Origin: a virus
DNA length: 64,000 nucleotides
Virus record (IMG/VR): IMGVR_UViG_3300046665_000589
Span: 1 to 64,000 of that record
Strand: one strand, 5' to 3'
Within the stretch, counting starts at the first letter, position 1, and every line of letters starts with the position of its first letter. This document shows, one piece after another, positions 46,406 through 56,482 of this stretch. The notes beneath the pieces are model-generated. The model searched no databases. It saw nothing but the letters and a program-made list of their open reading frames with translations, and was not told the DNA's origin. The position numbers and the translations under genes are program-made.

Positions 46406-46735
46406 CAGTCAGCGATAGTCAATTCGAGTCAATGACAGTCAATACCCATCAGCCCGTCATGGGTATTGACTGTCACTGACATTGACTCGAATTGACAGTC
46501 AGTGACTGTCACTGACTCGGATTGACAGTCACTGACTACGATTGACAGCGATTGACAGCGATTGACAGCGATTGACAGAGTCATTGACAGCAATTGACAG
46601 CGATTGACAGCGATTGACAGAGTCATTGACTGTCACTGACTACAATTGACAGCGATTGACAGCGATTGACAGCGTCATTGACTGTCAGTGACTGTCAATC
46701 GTAGTCAATGACATTGACAGTCATTGACAGTCAGT
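46385..46735. repeat. 10-bp-period TTGACAG / TGACWGTCA array
   Basis: Tandem ATTGACAGCG units plus palindromic variants and an internal inverted repeat. Confidence 0.95.
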
Positions 46736-46782
46736 TCTGCCAAGCTGTACGATGTTTGCTTTCCCTTCCTGAGGATTCTGCA

Positions 46783-47478
46783 ATGAGCATTGCACCTGGT
46801 ACCGTCTTCGGCCCTTTCACCGTGGTCGGCGACGCCCCGGCCAAGTCTGGCCACCTGTACACCAGCATCACCTGCACCTGCGGCGCGCCACCCCGCGCTG
46901 TGCGTGCCTCGTGGCTGCGTAAGGGCGATATCACCTGCCCTTCGTGCGGAGCCCGTGCCCAGAGCCTCGCCCCGGCGCAGGCCGGCCAAGACCTTGGGCT
47001 ACTGGTCGAGCATCTTGCCCCACTGACCAAACAGCTTGCCGAGATGGGCAAACAGCTGGTCATCTTGACCGAGCTCGTACGCTCGCTCCAGCCCCAGCCC
47101 AAGGCTCCTGGCCTGAAAAACCACAGGTTCGAACTCGACCCGACCGCCGTCACCGCAGCCGGCGCCGCGGCCCGCCTTGCCGCGCTGCCCGCCAACGCCC
47201 CGATCACCAAGGACAGCCTGCTGGCCGGGTGCAGCAGCAAGGAGGAAGCGCGCAAAGCGCTGGACGACAACCAGCAACGCGCCCTGGAGCTCGCCGCGCT
47301 GCCGTTCGCCGAGCGCACGCCGGCCCTGAAGGAAGAGCTGCGCCAGCGCATGGTGGCCAATGCCGAGCGCCTGCACGGCCGCCTGCCCACCGACCCCGGC
47401 TACACCGACATCGCCACCCACAACCGCACCTTGCATCGGGCCTTCGCCGACTGGGACCGCGACACCTCGAAGGATTAG
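46783..47478 (+). CDS. protein with N-terminal Cys-rich Zn module and coiled coil
   Basis: GTVFGPFTVV...CTCG...LRKG...CPSCG; RBS GAGGA. Confidence 0.7.
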   Translation: MSIAPGTVFGPFTVVGDAPAKSGHLYTSITCTCGAPPRAVRASWLRKGDITCPSCGARAQSLAPAQAGQDLGLLVEHLAPLTKQLAEMGKQLVILTELVRSLQPQPKAPGLKNHRFELDPTAVTAAGAAARLAALPANAPITKDSLLAGCSSKEEARKALDDNQQRALELAALPFAERTPALKEELRQRMVANAERLHGRLPTDPGYTDIATHNRTLHRAFADWDRDTSKD

Positions 47479-47487
47479 GGAGACATC

Positions 47488-48537
47488 ATGGGTATCCAGC
47501 AAATCATCGAAGAATGGTTCAACGACCTGGGCATCGACATCAGCCTGCGCGACTCGCAGCGCCTGGCGGACGCCATCACGAAGGCCCTGCCGCCGGCCCC
47601 TCTCACCTTGCACTGCCCGGCCTGTCACACCTTGCACGTGGACGCGGGCGAGTGGGCCACGCGGCCGCACAAGACGCACCAGTGCCAGAACTGCCAGCAC
47701 GAATGGCGACCGTACGACTACCCGACTGTGGGTGTAGCGCCGTCAGCGCTGCCCGCCGAGGCGGCCTTCGACGTTATCGTTATTGCGGGCCAAGCGTACA
47801 GCGAGAGGCTTGCAGACCATGCGTATGTGAGGGGTGAGAGCGTCGCTGCTAGCGCACCGCAAGCATGCACCTATCCGAACTGCACCTGCATTGGTGGAGG
47901 CGTGTTTAAGTCGTGCGTGAAGGCCAGCGCAACGCAAGCGCCTGCCGCCGAGAGCGTCGATTGGATGGCGTTCAGAAAAATACTGCGCGACTACGCCGAC
48001 GAGAAAAACATGGATGTCGGCTCAGGCGATGTGATCCGGTTCGTCGAATCCCTGATCGACGCGGCGGTAGCACAGGTCGCGCCTGCGGTGCGCGAAGCCC
48101 CGGGCTATGGCCACCCCCTGCCGCTTAAGCGGGAGACAGACAAGCGCGAGGTGGTTCAAATTTGCGATGCTGACGGCCAGACGATATTCGAACTGAACAC
48201 GCACACACAGCGCTCGCTGGACGACAAAGCAGGACTGGCGGAAGAACGCAAGGCTGCCGAAGAATTTGCCGATTTCGTCGTTCAATCGGTCAACCGCGCC
48301 GCGCCTGCGTTGCAAGACGATAGCTCAATCCTTGCGCTGTCACTGGATGTTATGACACGCGCGCTTGACACCTTGGTAGGTGCTTGCATGGACGAGAACG
48401 GCAAGCCGAAAGCACCTGAGCGGCGAGAGCTAATGCAGGCACGCGGGTATCTGCCTGCCAAGTGCCGCCATGCGTTCGTGCGCACCACCAGCACCCCGGC
48501 AGACGACAGCCAGCCCGCTGTGGGAGGTGCGGAATGA
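47488..48537 (+). CDS. mosaic hypothetical protein with Zn ribbon
   Basis: LHCPACHTLHVD...H.CQNC; patchy GC. Confidence 0.75.
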   Translation: MGIQQIIEEWFNDLGIDISLRDSQRLADAITKALPPAPLTLHCPACHTLHVDAGEWATRPHKTHQCQNCQHEWRPYDYPTVGVAPSALPAEAAFDVIVIAGQAYSERLADHAYVRGESVAASAPQACTYPNCTCIGGGVFKSCVKASATQAPAAESVDWMAFRKILRDYADEKNMDVGSGDVIRFVESLIDAAVAQVAPAVREAPGYGHPLPLKRETDKREVVQICDADGQTIFELNTHTQRSLDDKAGLAEERKAAEEFADFVVQSVNRAAPALQDDSSILALSLDVMTRALDTLVGACMDENGKPKAPERRELMQARGYLPAKCRHAFVRTTSTPADDSQPAVGGAE

Positions 48538-48824
48538 CCACGAAACCGAGCGACACCAACATCCTTGGCCTTCTGAGCAGCCGACGCGGCATGGTGATGC
48601 CGACTTACTTCATCAAGAACCTGCTGCGCGAACACTCCCCTGGGCTGCAAACGCCGTGGGTTCTTCGTCGGCTGAAAGCGCTGGAAAAAGCTGGGTACGT
48701 TCAGCGCGCGCCGACTACCTACGCGACCATGATCTGCTGGGAGCTGGTCGCACAACTCCCCACCCAGCAGGCAGACGACAGCCAGGCAGCACCACCAGCA
48801 CCGACCAACAAGGATAAGCCATGA
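48534..48824 (+). CDS. putative winged-helix protein
   Basis: TPWVLRRLKALEKAGYVQR. Confidence 0.55.
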   Translation: MTTKPSDTNILGLLSSRRGMVMPTYFIKNLLREHSPGLQTPWVLRRLKALEKAGYVQRAPTTYATMICWELVAQLPTQQADDSQAAPPAPTNKDKP

Positions 48825-50263
48825 CCGACAAGACCACCGCAGGCATCGACCTAGACAAGCTGCAGCGCTTCAACATGCGAGGCGGCCTGATGAATCCCGA
48901 GCCGTGGGGCCTGTACGTGCGCTATGAAGATGTTGCCGCTCTCATCCAGCAAGCCGCGCCCGATGAGCGCCGCAACATCGCCGAGGTCAAGCGCAGCAGC
49001 GACATGGGCCTGTCGATCCGATTCCTGTCGGCTCGCGCATGCTCTGCGTTTGAACGCTTTCTCGCCGAGCCTGCGGCCACCCCGCAGGCCAGTGCAATCC
49101 CGGCGCATGCGTGCGAAATAGGCCTTGCATCGGCGCCGGTCGTGTACTCCAAGAACGGCGGCCCCGACGAGGCCACCCAGCAAGCCGGGGCGGCTGTCGT
49201 AAGCGAAGCCTTCCTGACAGGTGCGCACGCCGAGTTCAGCGAAGCCCTGCCGCCTGGCAGCCTGACGAGTTTAGGCCACCGCCACGTCGTTAATGCGCTT
49301 CGCTCCGCGATCAGGTCCTACATCGAAGTCTCCCGCAGTTCATCCCTTGTGGCCACCACGGCAAGCGCGAGCGACGAGACCATTACCGTGCAGGAGGCAT
49401 GGGAGGCGGCCGGCGGCAACCCCGGCATCAAGGCGACGAAGCAGGAATTGCTGGACGCCCTGCGCGTCATGGATGAAGCCGTCGATGAGTGCGACGATAA
49501 GCACGGAAAGGCCCCCCAGCAGGCAGGGGAGGCTGTCGACCACAGCACCATCTGCCACGACTATAGCGACCCCACGCTGGCCTGCTCATCCTGCGGTCTG
49601 ATGATGGGCGAATCACGCACTCTCGGCCATATCAAGTTAGGCATCCTCGCCGTATCCCCTGCGGCCACCACGGCAAGCGCGAGCGATCGTGAGAAGTTCG
49701 ACGCAGCGATAGCCCGTGCAGACCGGCCCGGCGCTGAAATTCTTGCCGATGCTATGCGCCGCGCCCCAGCAACCAGCCGTAAGGCTACACCGCTGGGGAT
49801 TTCGGATGCAATGGTCGATGCATACCTTGCTGCACAGCGTGAGCAAGTGGAGCGGAAGGATAAGCGCCCGTTCGGTGTAGTCGACCCGCGCGCCGCATGT
49901 CGTGCAGGTCTCCGCGCCGCCCTCGCCCAGCAGGGAGCAGCACCCGGTCGCTTGATTGTCCAGCGGTACACCAACGATGGCGAAGGCAACATGCTGGAGA
50001 ACCCTGAGGGGGTATGGTGCTACTACCAAGATGCCGTCGCCCAGCAGGGCGCAGCACAGGCAGCGGAGGGGGATGCCGATCTGCTGAATTTCATGGACGG
50101 GCCTGATTTCGTAAGCCTGCATCAATATGTCAGCAGTGACAAACTTTTTATCGAGGTGCAACGCGAGAACCCGGACAGCAACCACCGAGCCGACACGGCA
50201 CGCGCGGCACTTGCCGCCGCCATTGCCGCCGCACCTGCAAGCCAGAAAGGAGACTGCAAATGA
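48821..50263 (+). CDS. mosaic multi-module hypothetical protein
   Basis: Short modules separated by repeated Ala/Gln linkers. Confidence 0.75.
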   Translation: MTDKTTAGIDLDKLQRFNMRGGLMNPEPWGLYVRYEDVAALIQQAAPDERRNIAEVKRSSDMGLSIRFLSARACSAFERFLAEPAATPQASAIPAHACEIGLASAPVVYSKNGGPDEATQQAGAAVVSEAFLTGAHAEFSEALPPGSLTSLGHRHVVNALRSAIRSYIEVSRSSSLVATTASASDETITVQEAWEAAGGNPGIKATKQELLDALRVMDEAVDECDDKHGKAPQQAGEAVDHSTICHDYSDPTLACSSCGLMMGESRTLGHIKLGILAVSPAATTASASDREKFDAAIARADRPGAEILADAMRRAPATSRKATPLGISDAMVDAYLAAQREQVERKDKRPFGVVDPRAACRAGLRAALAQQGAAPGRLIVQRYTNDGEGNMLENPEGVWCYYQDAVAQQGAAQAAEGDADLLNFMDGPDFVSLHQYVSSDKLFIEVQRENPDSNHRADTARAALAAAIAAAPASQKGDCK

Positions 50264-52986
50264 GCCCCGTACAACAGATCGGCAGCATCGACCACCTGCG
50301 GCACGGCACCTACTACATTTACTGGAACTGCAACAACGGCTGCTACGGCATCTCCCGCAAGGCCGCCGACCTTACCACCCACTGCGGCTACGTCAGCCTG
50401 GCCGCCCTGTTCGCCATGAAAGGCCTGTGACATGGACTTCCTTTACGGTATGCCCGTCGAAGTGAATCCTATCTGCCAGGATGTGCCGCGCATGCAGGTC
50501 AGCGCCGAGTTCACCCGGCTCCAGCACCCCGATCTGGTCGCCAAGACCAACGCCTGGCTTAAAGAGTTCTTCGGCGTGCATGACGTCGTCTACAAGTTCG
50601 ACCACCCTGTCCTCGGCCAGTGCCTGGTCATGGGGCCGCGAACCTTGGCCCAGCTGAAAGCGCACCGAGCCAGCGCAGCATTTTTGAAAGGCCTGTGACA
50701 TGCTCTACGTAACCCACATTTCCACCGTCGTCACGCGCAGCCGCCGCGGCCTTGGCACGCACATCCGCAGCCGCACCGTGGCCCGCGTCTCGACCCGCCC
50801 GTTCGACCACAGCGCACCGAAGCGCAGCTTTTCGCCGCAGGCTTGGGCAGACTTGATGCAGCGGCCCGACGTCATGTACCGCCCCAACAGCCGCAGCCGC
50901 TACCTGCGCGGCGAGCACCCACCCACCCTTCACCAATAAGGACCACCGATGAACATCGACCAAGCAATCGCCCAGCTGGAGCTGCTCAAGCAACAGCAGG
51001 GCACCGGCGATCTGCCGCTGCAGGTGTACGTGCAGACCGGCGCTGACAGCTGGTTGTGGAAGAAAGTCCAGAGCATTGATGTCGCCAAAGTGCCTCGCAA
51101 AGGCCTCGTGGTGAACGTCGACTACTAAGGAGGCACCATGCCCGAAACCATCAAATCCAGACGGCTCGCCGACCCGGCCTACCACTTCCTGATCGCCGCC
51201 ATCACCGCGCACTTCAACGGCATTATCACGGATAACCGCTTCTGCGGACCACTCGAGGTCGAGTTCAAGTGCAACGGCGTCGAGCTGCCCTTCACTGTTG
51301 TGGTCGAGGACATCTACAACCGCTTCGACGCTGACGTCCAGAAGCGCGCGCTGGCGCTGGCCGAGCAGCTAGTCGGCGACGCCGCGCTGGACAAGCTGCT
51401 GCAAGCCTTGCAGGACGCCGAGCACGAAGTCACCGCGGCGCTGAACGAGGCGCTGGAACGGAGGTCCGCATGCAAGCCCTGAAAGACATCAGCTGGCTCC
51501 TCTGGCTGCTTGTTACCGCCGCGATCGTATTCGAGACGATCGGCTGGCGCGGTCTGGTCCGTATGTTCCCGGAAGCCCGGCGCTGGTGGCAGCTGCCAGC
51601 CCAGCTGGCCTCGCTCGCCGCGTTCGCCGCGGTCGTCCTGTTCCACCCTTTCTAAGGACCCACCATGCACACCGACACCTACGGGCGCCACTGGCGCTAC
51701 CAGCCGCACCCCGACCACGACCTGTCCCAAGCCCTGCAGGTCAGTACGCGCATCGCCGAGTTCATCACCCAGACCGACCTGCGCTTCCTCGGCCACACCC
51801 CCCACCGACAACAGGAAGTCGACACCGACAGCGAGCCTTATCTGCTCAAGGACCGCAACGGCTGGACCTTGTGGGTCCGCGTGGACCACGGCCCGCTCGA
51901 CTATTGCATGTGGGACGACATCGACCCGCGCATCATCGCCCTCGCGATCGAGATGCACGGCAAGACCCTGGACGACCCGCGCGAAGCCAAGGCCTACGAC
52001 GCGCTGGTGCCGGCACCGCTGACGGTGGGCGAGGCTTGGGCCGAGTGGGCGGGCAAGCGTCATCCGATGCTCGACACCACGCACAACCGCAACATCTTCG
52101 AGGCCGGCTTCGCCGCCGGGGAGAAGGCCAAATGAACGAGCGCCTGATTCCCGAGGGTGGCAAGAACCCCTACGCCGATCATCCCGGCTTCACCGCGGAC
52201 GGCTGTCCGCTGCGCTACACCGTCACGCAGCGCGGCGCCTACGGAGGGGTGCGCGGTGGGTTCGGCTGCGAGATGACGGGCGGTCACTGCCTGCCTGGCG
52301 AGCACTGTGCCAAGCGACGCGAGGACGCCGCCCGGCAGGAGGCGTTCGCGCAATCGGTGAGGTGGGCCAAATGAAAGTCACCATCCAGCACTTCACCGGC
52401 GGTCCCTTCGCCCTGATCCAGCACGCCGGCAAGGAAGTTTCGGTCATGCTCGAGCCGTCCGTAACGCCGGCCGAGTCGCTGCGCGCCGAAGCCCAAGACC
52501 TGCGGGCCCACGCCGACAGGCTGCTGCATCGCGCCGCCCTGTACGAAATCGCCGCAACCCACCTGGAGACCACACCATGAGCATCCTGCTGCTGTCGATT
52601 TTCTTCGGCCTGCTGATCGACGCCCTGTGCTGGCTTGCGATCGGCCTGGAAATGAAGCGCTGGCCGCGCTCGCGCCCTGTCGTCGCCTGGCCGTTCATCT
52701 GGTTCAAGCGCATCGCCCTGCGGCCGCGCGGGAGGTGGATGTGAACCTCACCGACATCATCAAGGCTTCGGCCGCGCGCATGGCCCACGTCGACGTCGAC
52801 ATCAACAGCGGCCTGCCCACCGTCTGCATCTCGGCGCCCGGCGAGGAAGACATCTTCATGCAGGGCGAGGAGGCTGAGGCATTCATCGCTGAGGTGGGCA
52901 AGCTCTACGACGAGTCGGGCGACGTTACCTACGACGAGTGCGCCCTGCACGCGGCCGAGGCGTACTGCGAAAACCTTTGGAGCTGA
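50260..52986 (+). other. array of small hypothetical CDS (50260-50430, 50432-50698, 50700-50939, 50949-51128, 51138-51482, 51470-51655, 51665-52135, 52132-52374, 52371-52580, 52577-52744, 52741-52986)
   Basis: Head-to-tail ORFs with RBSs and overlaps; 51470 and 52577 encode membrane-like proteins. Confidence 0.75.
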
Positions 52987-52987
52987 C

Positions 52988-53272
52988 ATGACCCGCACCG
53001 TCCCGCCCAGCATCACCCGCGAGCAGTTCGAGGCGATCCGCCCGCTGCTCGAACGCCACAAGCGCGTCACGCGCCGCCGCAGCCACGACCTGTACGACGT
53101 GGTCAACGCCATGCTGCACAAGCTCTACACCGGCTGCGCCTGGCGCGCCCTGCCCGGCGACATCCCGTGGCGCACCGTCCACGAGTATTACTACCAGTGG
53201 ACGATGGCCACGCCCGACGGCAAACCCGGCCTGCTGCCGCAGGTCCTCAACACCTTGAAGGAGACTGTATGA
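52988..53272 (+). CDS. stand-alone IS5-family transposase N-terminal domain (DUF4096-like)
   Basis: ITREQFEAIRPLL...DLYDVVNAML..LYTGCAWRALPGD.PWRTVH.YY..W; no DDE domain follows. Confidence 0.8.
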   Translation: MTRTVPPSITREQFEAIRPLLERHKRVTRRRSHDLYDVVNAMLHKLYTGCAWRALPGDIPWRTVHEYYYQWTMATPDGKPGLLPQVLNTLKETV

Positions 53273-56114
53273 AGCCCTACACCGTCCTGCTGCTGCGCCC
53301 TGCCCGCCAGCGCGAAGACGACGCCCACCCGAGCGACTGGGTCTACCGTGCCTGGGTCGAGGCAGATAACCCTGATGACGCGGAAGTCGCCGCCTGCGAA
53401 AAGCTCGCCCGCGGCGACGAGGATGTCGAGCCCGCCGAACCCTTCGAAGTGGCCACGCTGGCCATCTACGAGGGCCACCTGTTCGACCTGTACCTGCCAT
53501 GATCACAAGGAACCCACCATGCCTACCAAGAAGAGTAACGAAGCCAAGGTCACACTCTGGACCGACACCATGAAGTCCGAGTTCAGCGGCACGATCAGCG
53601 GCTGCGTCCTCGAGATGTTCGGCTACATCATGCCAAGCAAGGCCAAGACCAAGACCGCCGCCGAGATGCGCGGGCAGGTGCTCAAACTGCTGCAACGTCA
53701 ACATGAGCAGCTGAAGGCCGTCGGCCGCTAACCCACCACCACAAGGAAGCCACCATGCACATCGACACCGAATTCGCCACCTCCGCCGTCGCCATCACCG
53801 TCGGCATGTCCATCCGCGACCACGACCCGGTCTTCGACTGGGCCAGCAGTAACGGCTGGGGCGGCATCGAGCTCTACCACGAGATCGGACAGCTTGCCGC
53901 CTTCTCGTGCGATCTGGCCAACAAGGTCGCCACCTGCCCCGACTTCCTCGTCACCGGCTTCCCCGGCGTGTACGCCTACGAGGTCGAGGAACCGTTAGGC
54001 GCCTGGCTGGCCGCAGCCATGCGCAACGGCAGGCTGCCGACCGGCCCCGAGACGCCGGCCCACCTGCTCGACTACGCGCCGGTCAAGCGCGAGCTGGGCC
54101 GGCTTGCGTACGAATTCTTCCGCAAGGCGCCGCACCCGATCCCGTACACCGATGGCATCATCTTCGAGCTGACCGGCTACGACCACGGCGAGCATGTCAT
54201 CGCGGTGCAGGTGGTGCCGGTCGTCGAGGACAGCGACCATAACGTGACCGCGCAGTTCGCCGGGCCCGACGAGAAGACCACCGGCTGGGCGATCTATGAC
54301 CGCCTGGCCGACGGCACCGCGCGCTGGTTCTCCGACCGCTACACGGAAGAGCGCGCGATGGCCGCCGGCTTCAACCGCGCCGCCGGGCTCGGCGTGGCGA
54401 TCGAGCCGCAGCCGTGGCGGGTGGCCAAATGAAGTGCCGCCCCGGCGACCTGGCGCTGGTCCTGCGCTGCCGCATTCCCGAGAACGTCGGCCGCTTCGTC
54501 ATCGTCGAGCGGCGCGCCGTGGAGGGCGAAGTGCTGGCTTTCATTGGCCGCAAGTCTGTGGTGACATCTCCTGGCGCCGATTGGGTGGTGCTCCCGGTGC
54601 ACGGCACGCTGACCGGGCGCGGGAGCATCAGCGGAAAGACGTTCCAGACGACGCTTGCCACGTTCAAGGACGAGGACCTGCTGCCGATCCGCCCCGAGGA
54701 CCCGGACCAGGCCGACACCACCGACACACCAACCGAGGAGCACGCATGACCATCGACGACATCGTCGCCGAGTTCATCCGGCTGCCGGCGCCTGGCACGC
54801 CGGCAGCGGATCTGACCGACCGCGACAGGGTAGCGCTGGCACACGCCGCAGGCGTGCCCTGCGAGCTTGTGGTGGAAGGCTTGCAGGCCACGTTCCGCAC
54901 CAAGGTGCCGGTCGGCGTCGCCGACCGCGGTGACGGCGGCTATCTCGTTTATCGACTGGAGGAATAAATGGAAGACCTCAAAACCCTGCTCGAACTCATC
55001 GCCCGCCTGCCGCAGATGGCCCTCTGGGTCGCCCTGGGCTTCTGGGCCTACAAGGTCGTCGTGATCGGCTCGATCTACGGCGTGATCCGCCTTGGCATCA
55101 TTAAGCTGCACAGCTGGCTGACCACGCCCAAGCACGAGTTGATCTACCAAGATGTGCGCCTGCTGCTCGACGGCGAGGTGATCACCGGCTCCAAGGATGC
55201 GCTGGTCGCCCAGCTGCAGCGCATCAAGCGCTCCACTGGCCAGTACGTGCATCCGTCTGACATCGCCTGGCTGCGCGAGGCGATCGACGAGAAACTGGCC
55301 AAGGAGCAGAAATGACCGACACCGACGTCCTGTTCCGCCACTACGACCCGAACGACTGGCTGTTCGACCGCACCGGCAGCACCCTGTTCATCGACGACCA
55401 GGCCTACGCCACCAGCGACCGCTTCAGCCCGGCCTTCGGCAGCTATACCGCCGTGCTGTACTGGCGCACCGGCTACTTCGGCTTTCACCCATAAGGACCC
55501 ACCATGAAACTGATCCTGACCGACGGCTACGCTTTTCCGTGGCCGCAAGACCTTTCTCAGGCCGAGGCCGACCGCCTCTGCGACGAGGCGCACGAGCGCA
55601 GCCTGACTCTCGAGGGCGTCAAGGCGTTCGAGATGAAGTACACCGTGACCGTCGAATTCGACGACGTCCCGTCCTACTTTGCAGCCAAGGTGAGCACCGG
55701 CTGGGCCGAGTGGGATCGTGATGGCCTGATCCTGGAAGCGACCACCAGCGCCAAGGAGGGCAACGAGTTCCCAGCACTGGTGGCGAACGGCTTCGCCTGG
55801 TGCGGCATTTACCTGTCGGAGGACCAATGAACCGCCTGTCCGTATTTGACGCCCACGACAAGGGCCTCGTCGAGGTCGAGATCGTGCAGTGCGTCAGCCT
55901 CACCCGCATCGTGGTGCGCGACCGGCAGGGCGGCTTGCATCGCCTGTACTCGCACCGGATGCTCGAGACCATGCTGAGCGTGCACGCCGCACGCTGCGGC
56001 ATTCACGACACCCGCGGCCTGGTCGGTACCCGCCTCAAACTCGAGCTGGTACAGCGCATGACCGGCAGGAGCCGGCCGTACCGCTGGGCTGTCGTCGAGC
56101 CGGAGGTCGCATGA
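53269..56114 (+). other. array of hypothetical CDS (53269-53502, 53519-53731, 53755-54432, 54429-54749, 54746-54967, 54968-55315, 55312-55494, 55504-55830, 55827-56114)
   Basis: Head-to-tail ORFs with RBSs. Confidence 0.75.
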
Positions 56115-56482
56115 AGGCCAAGACGCGAGAGCTGACCGGCGCCGCGCTGGACTGGGCGGTGGCCGTGTGTGAGGGCGCTACAGAAGAGTGGCGTGACGAT
56201 GGGCCATTCTTTTGGAGGGGCGTACCCTGCATACGTGTTGGTGGGCATGACGTTGAATATAGTCCGGCCACCGACTGGGCTCAAGGTGGGCCGATCATCG
56301 AGCGTGAACGTATCCATGTCTGCCCGATCGTCTATAACGACTTGCCAGCCACCGAGTGCTGGGTCGACGCCTACCATCCGAAGGGCAGCTTTTATGGCCC
56401 CACCGCCCTGATCGCCGCCATGCGCTGCTACGTCGCCAGCAAGATGGGTGAAGAGATCGACATCCCAAGGAGCCTGATATGA
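56111..56482 (+). CDS. NinX/DUF2591-family phage protein
   Basis: ELTGAALDWAVA, YSPATDWAQGGPIIERERI, TALIAAMRCYV. Confidence 0.8.
   Translation: MKAKTRELTGAALDWAVAVCEGATEEWRDDGPFFWRGVPCIRVGGHDVEYSPATDWAQGGPIIERERIHVCPIVYNDLPATECWVDAYHPKGSFYGPTALIAAMRCYVASKMGEEIDIPRSLI

Noticed and set aside
46385-46735. Possible CRISPR array
   Set aside because: 10-bp tandem units with no unique spacers; no cas genes
41439-53380. Other CUGANGA matches as hammerheads (near 41440, 49262, 53372)
   Set aside because: Inside coding sequence without matching GAAA and stems
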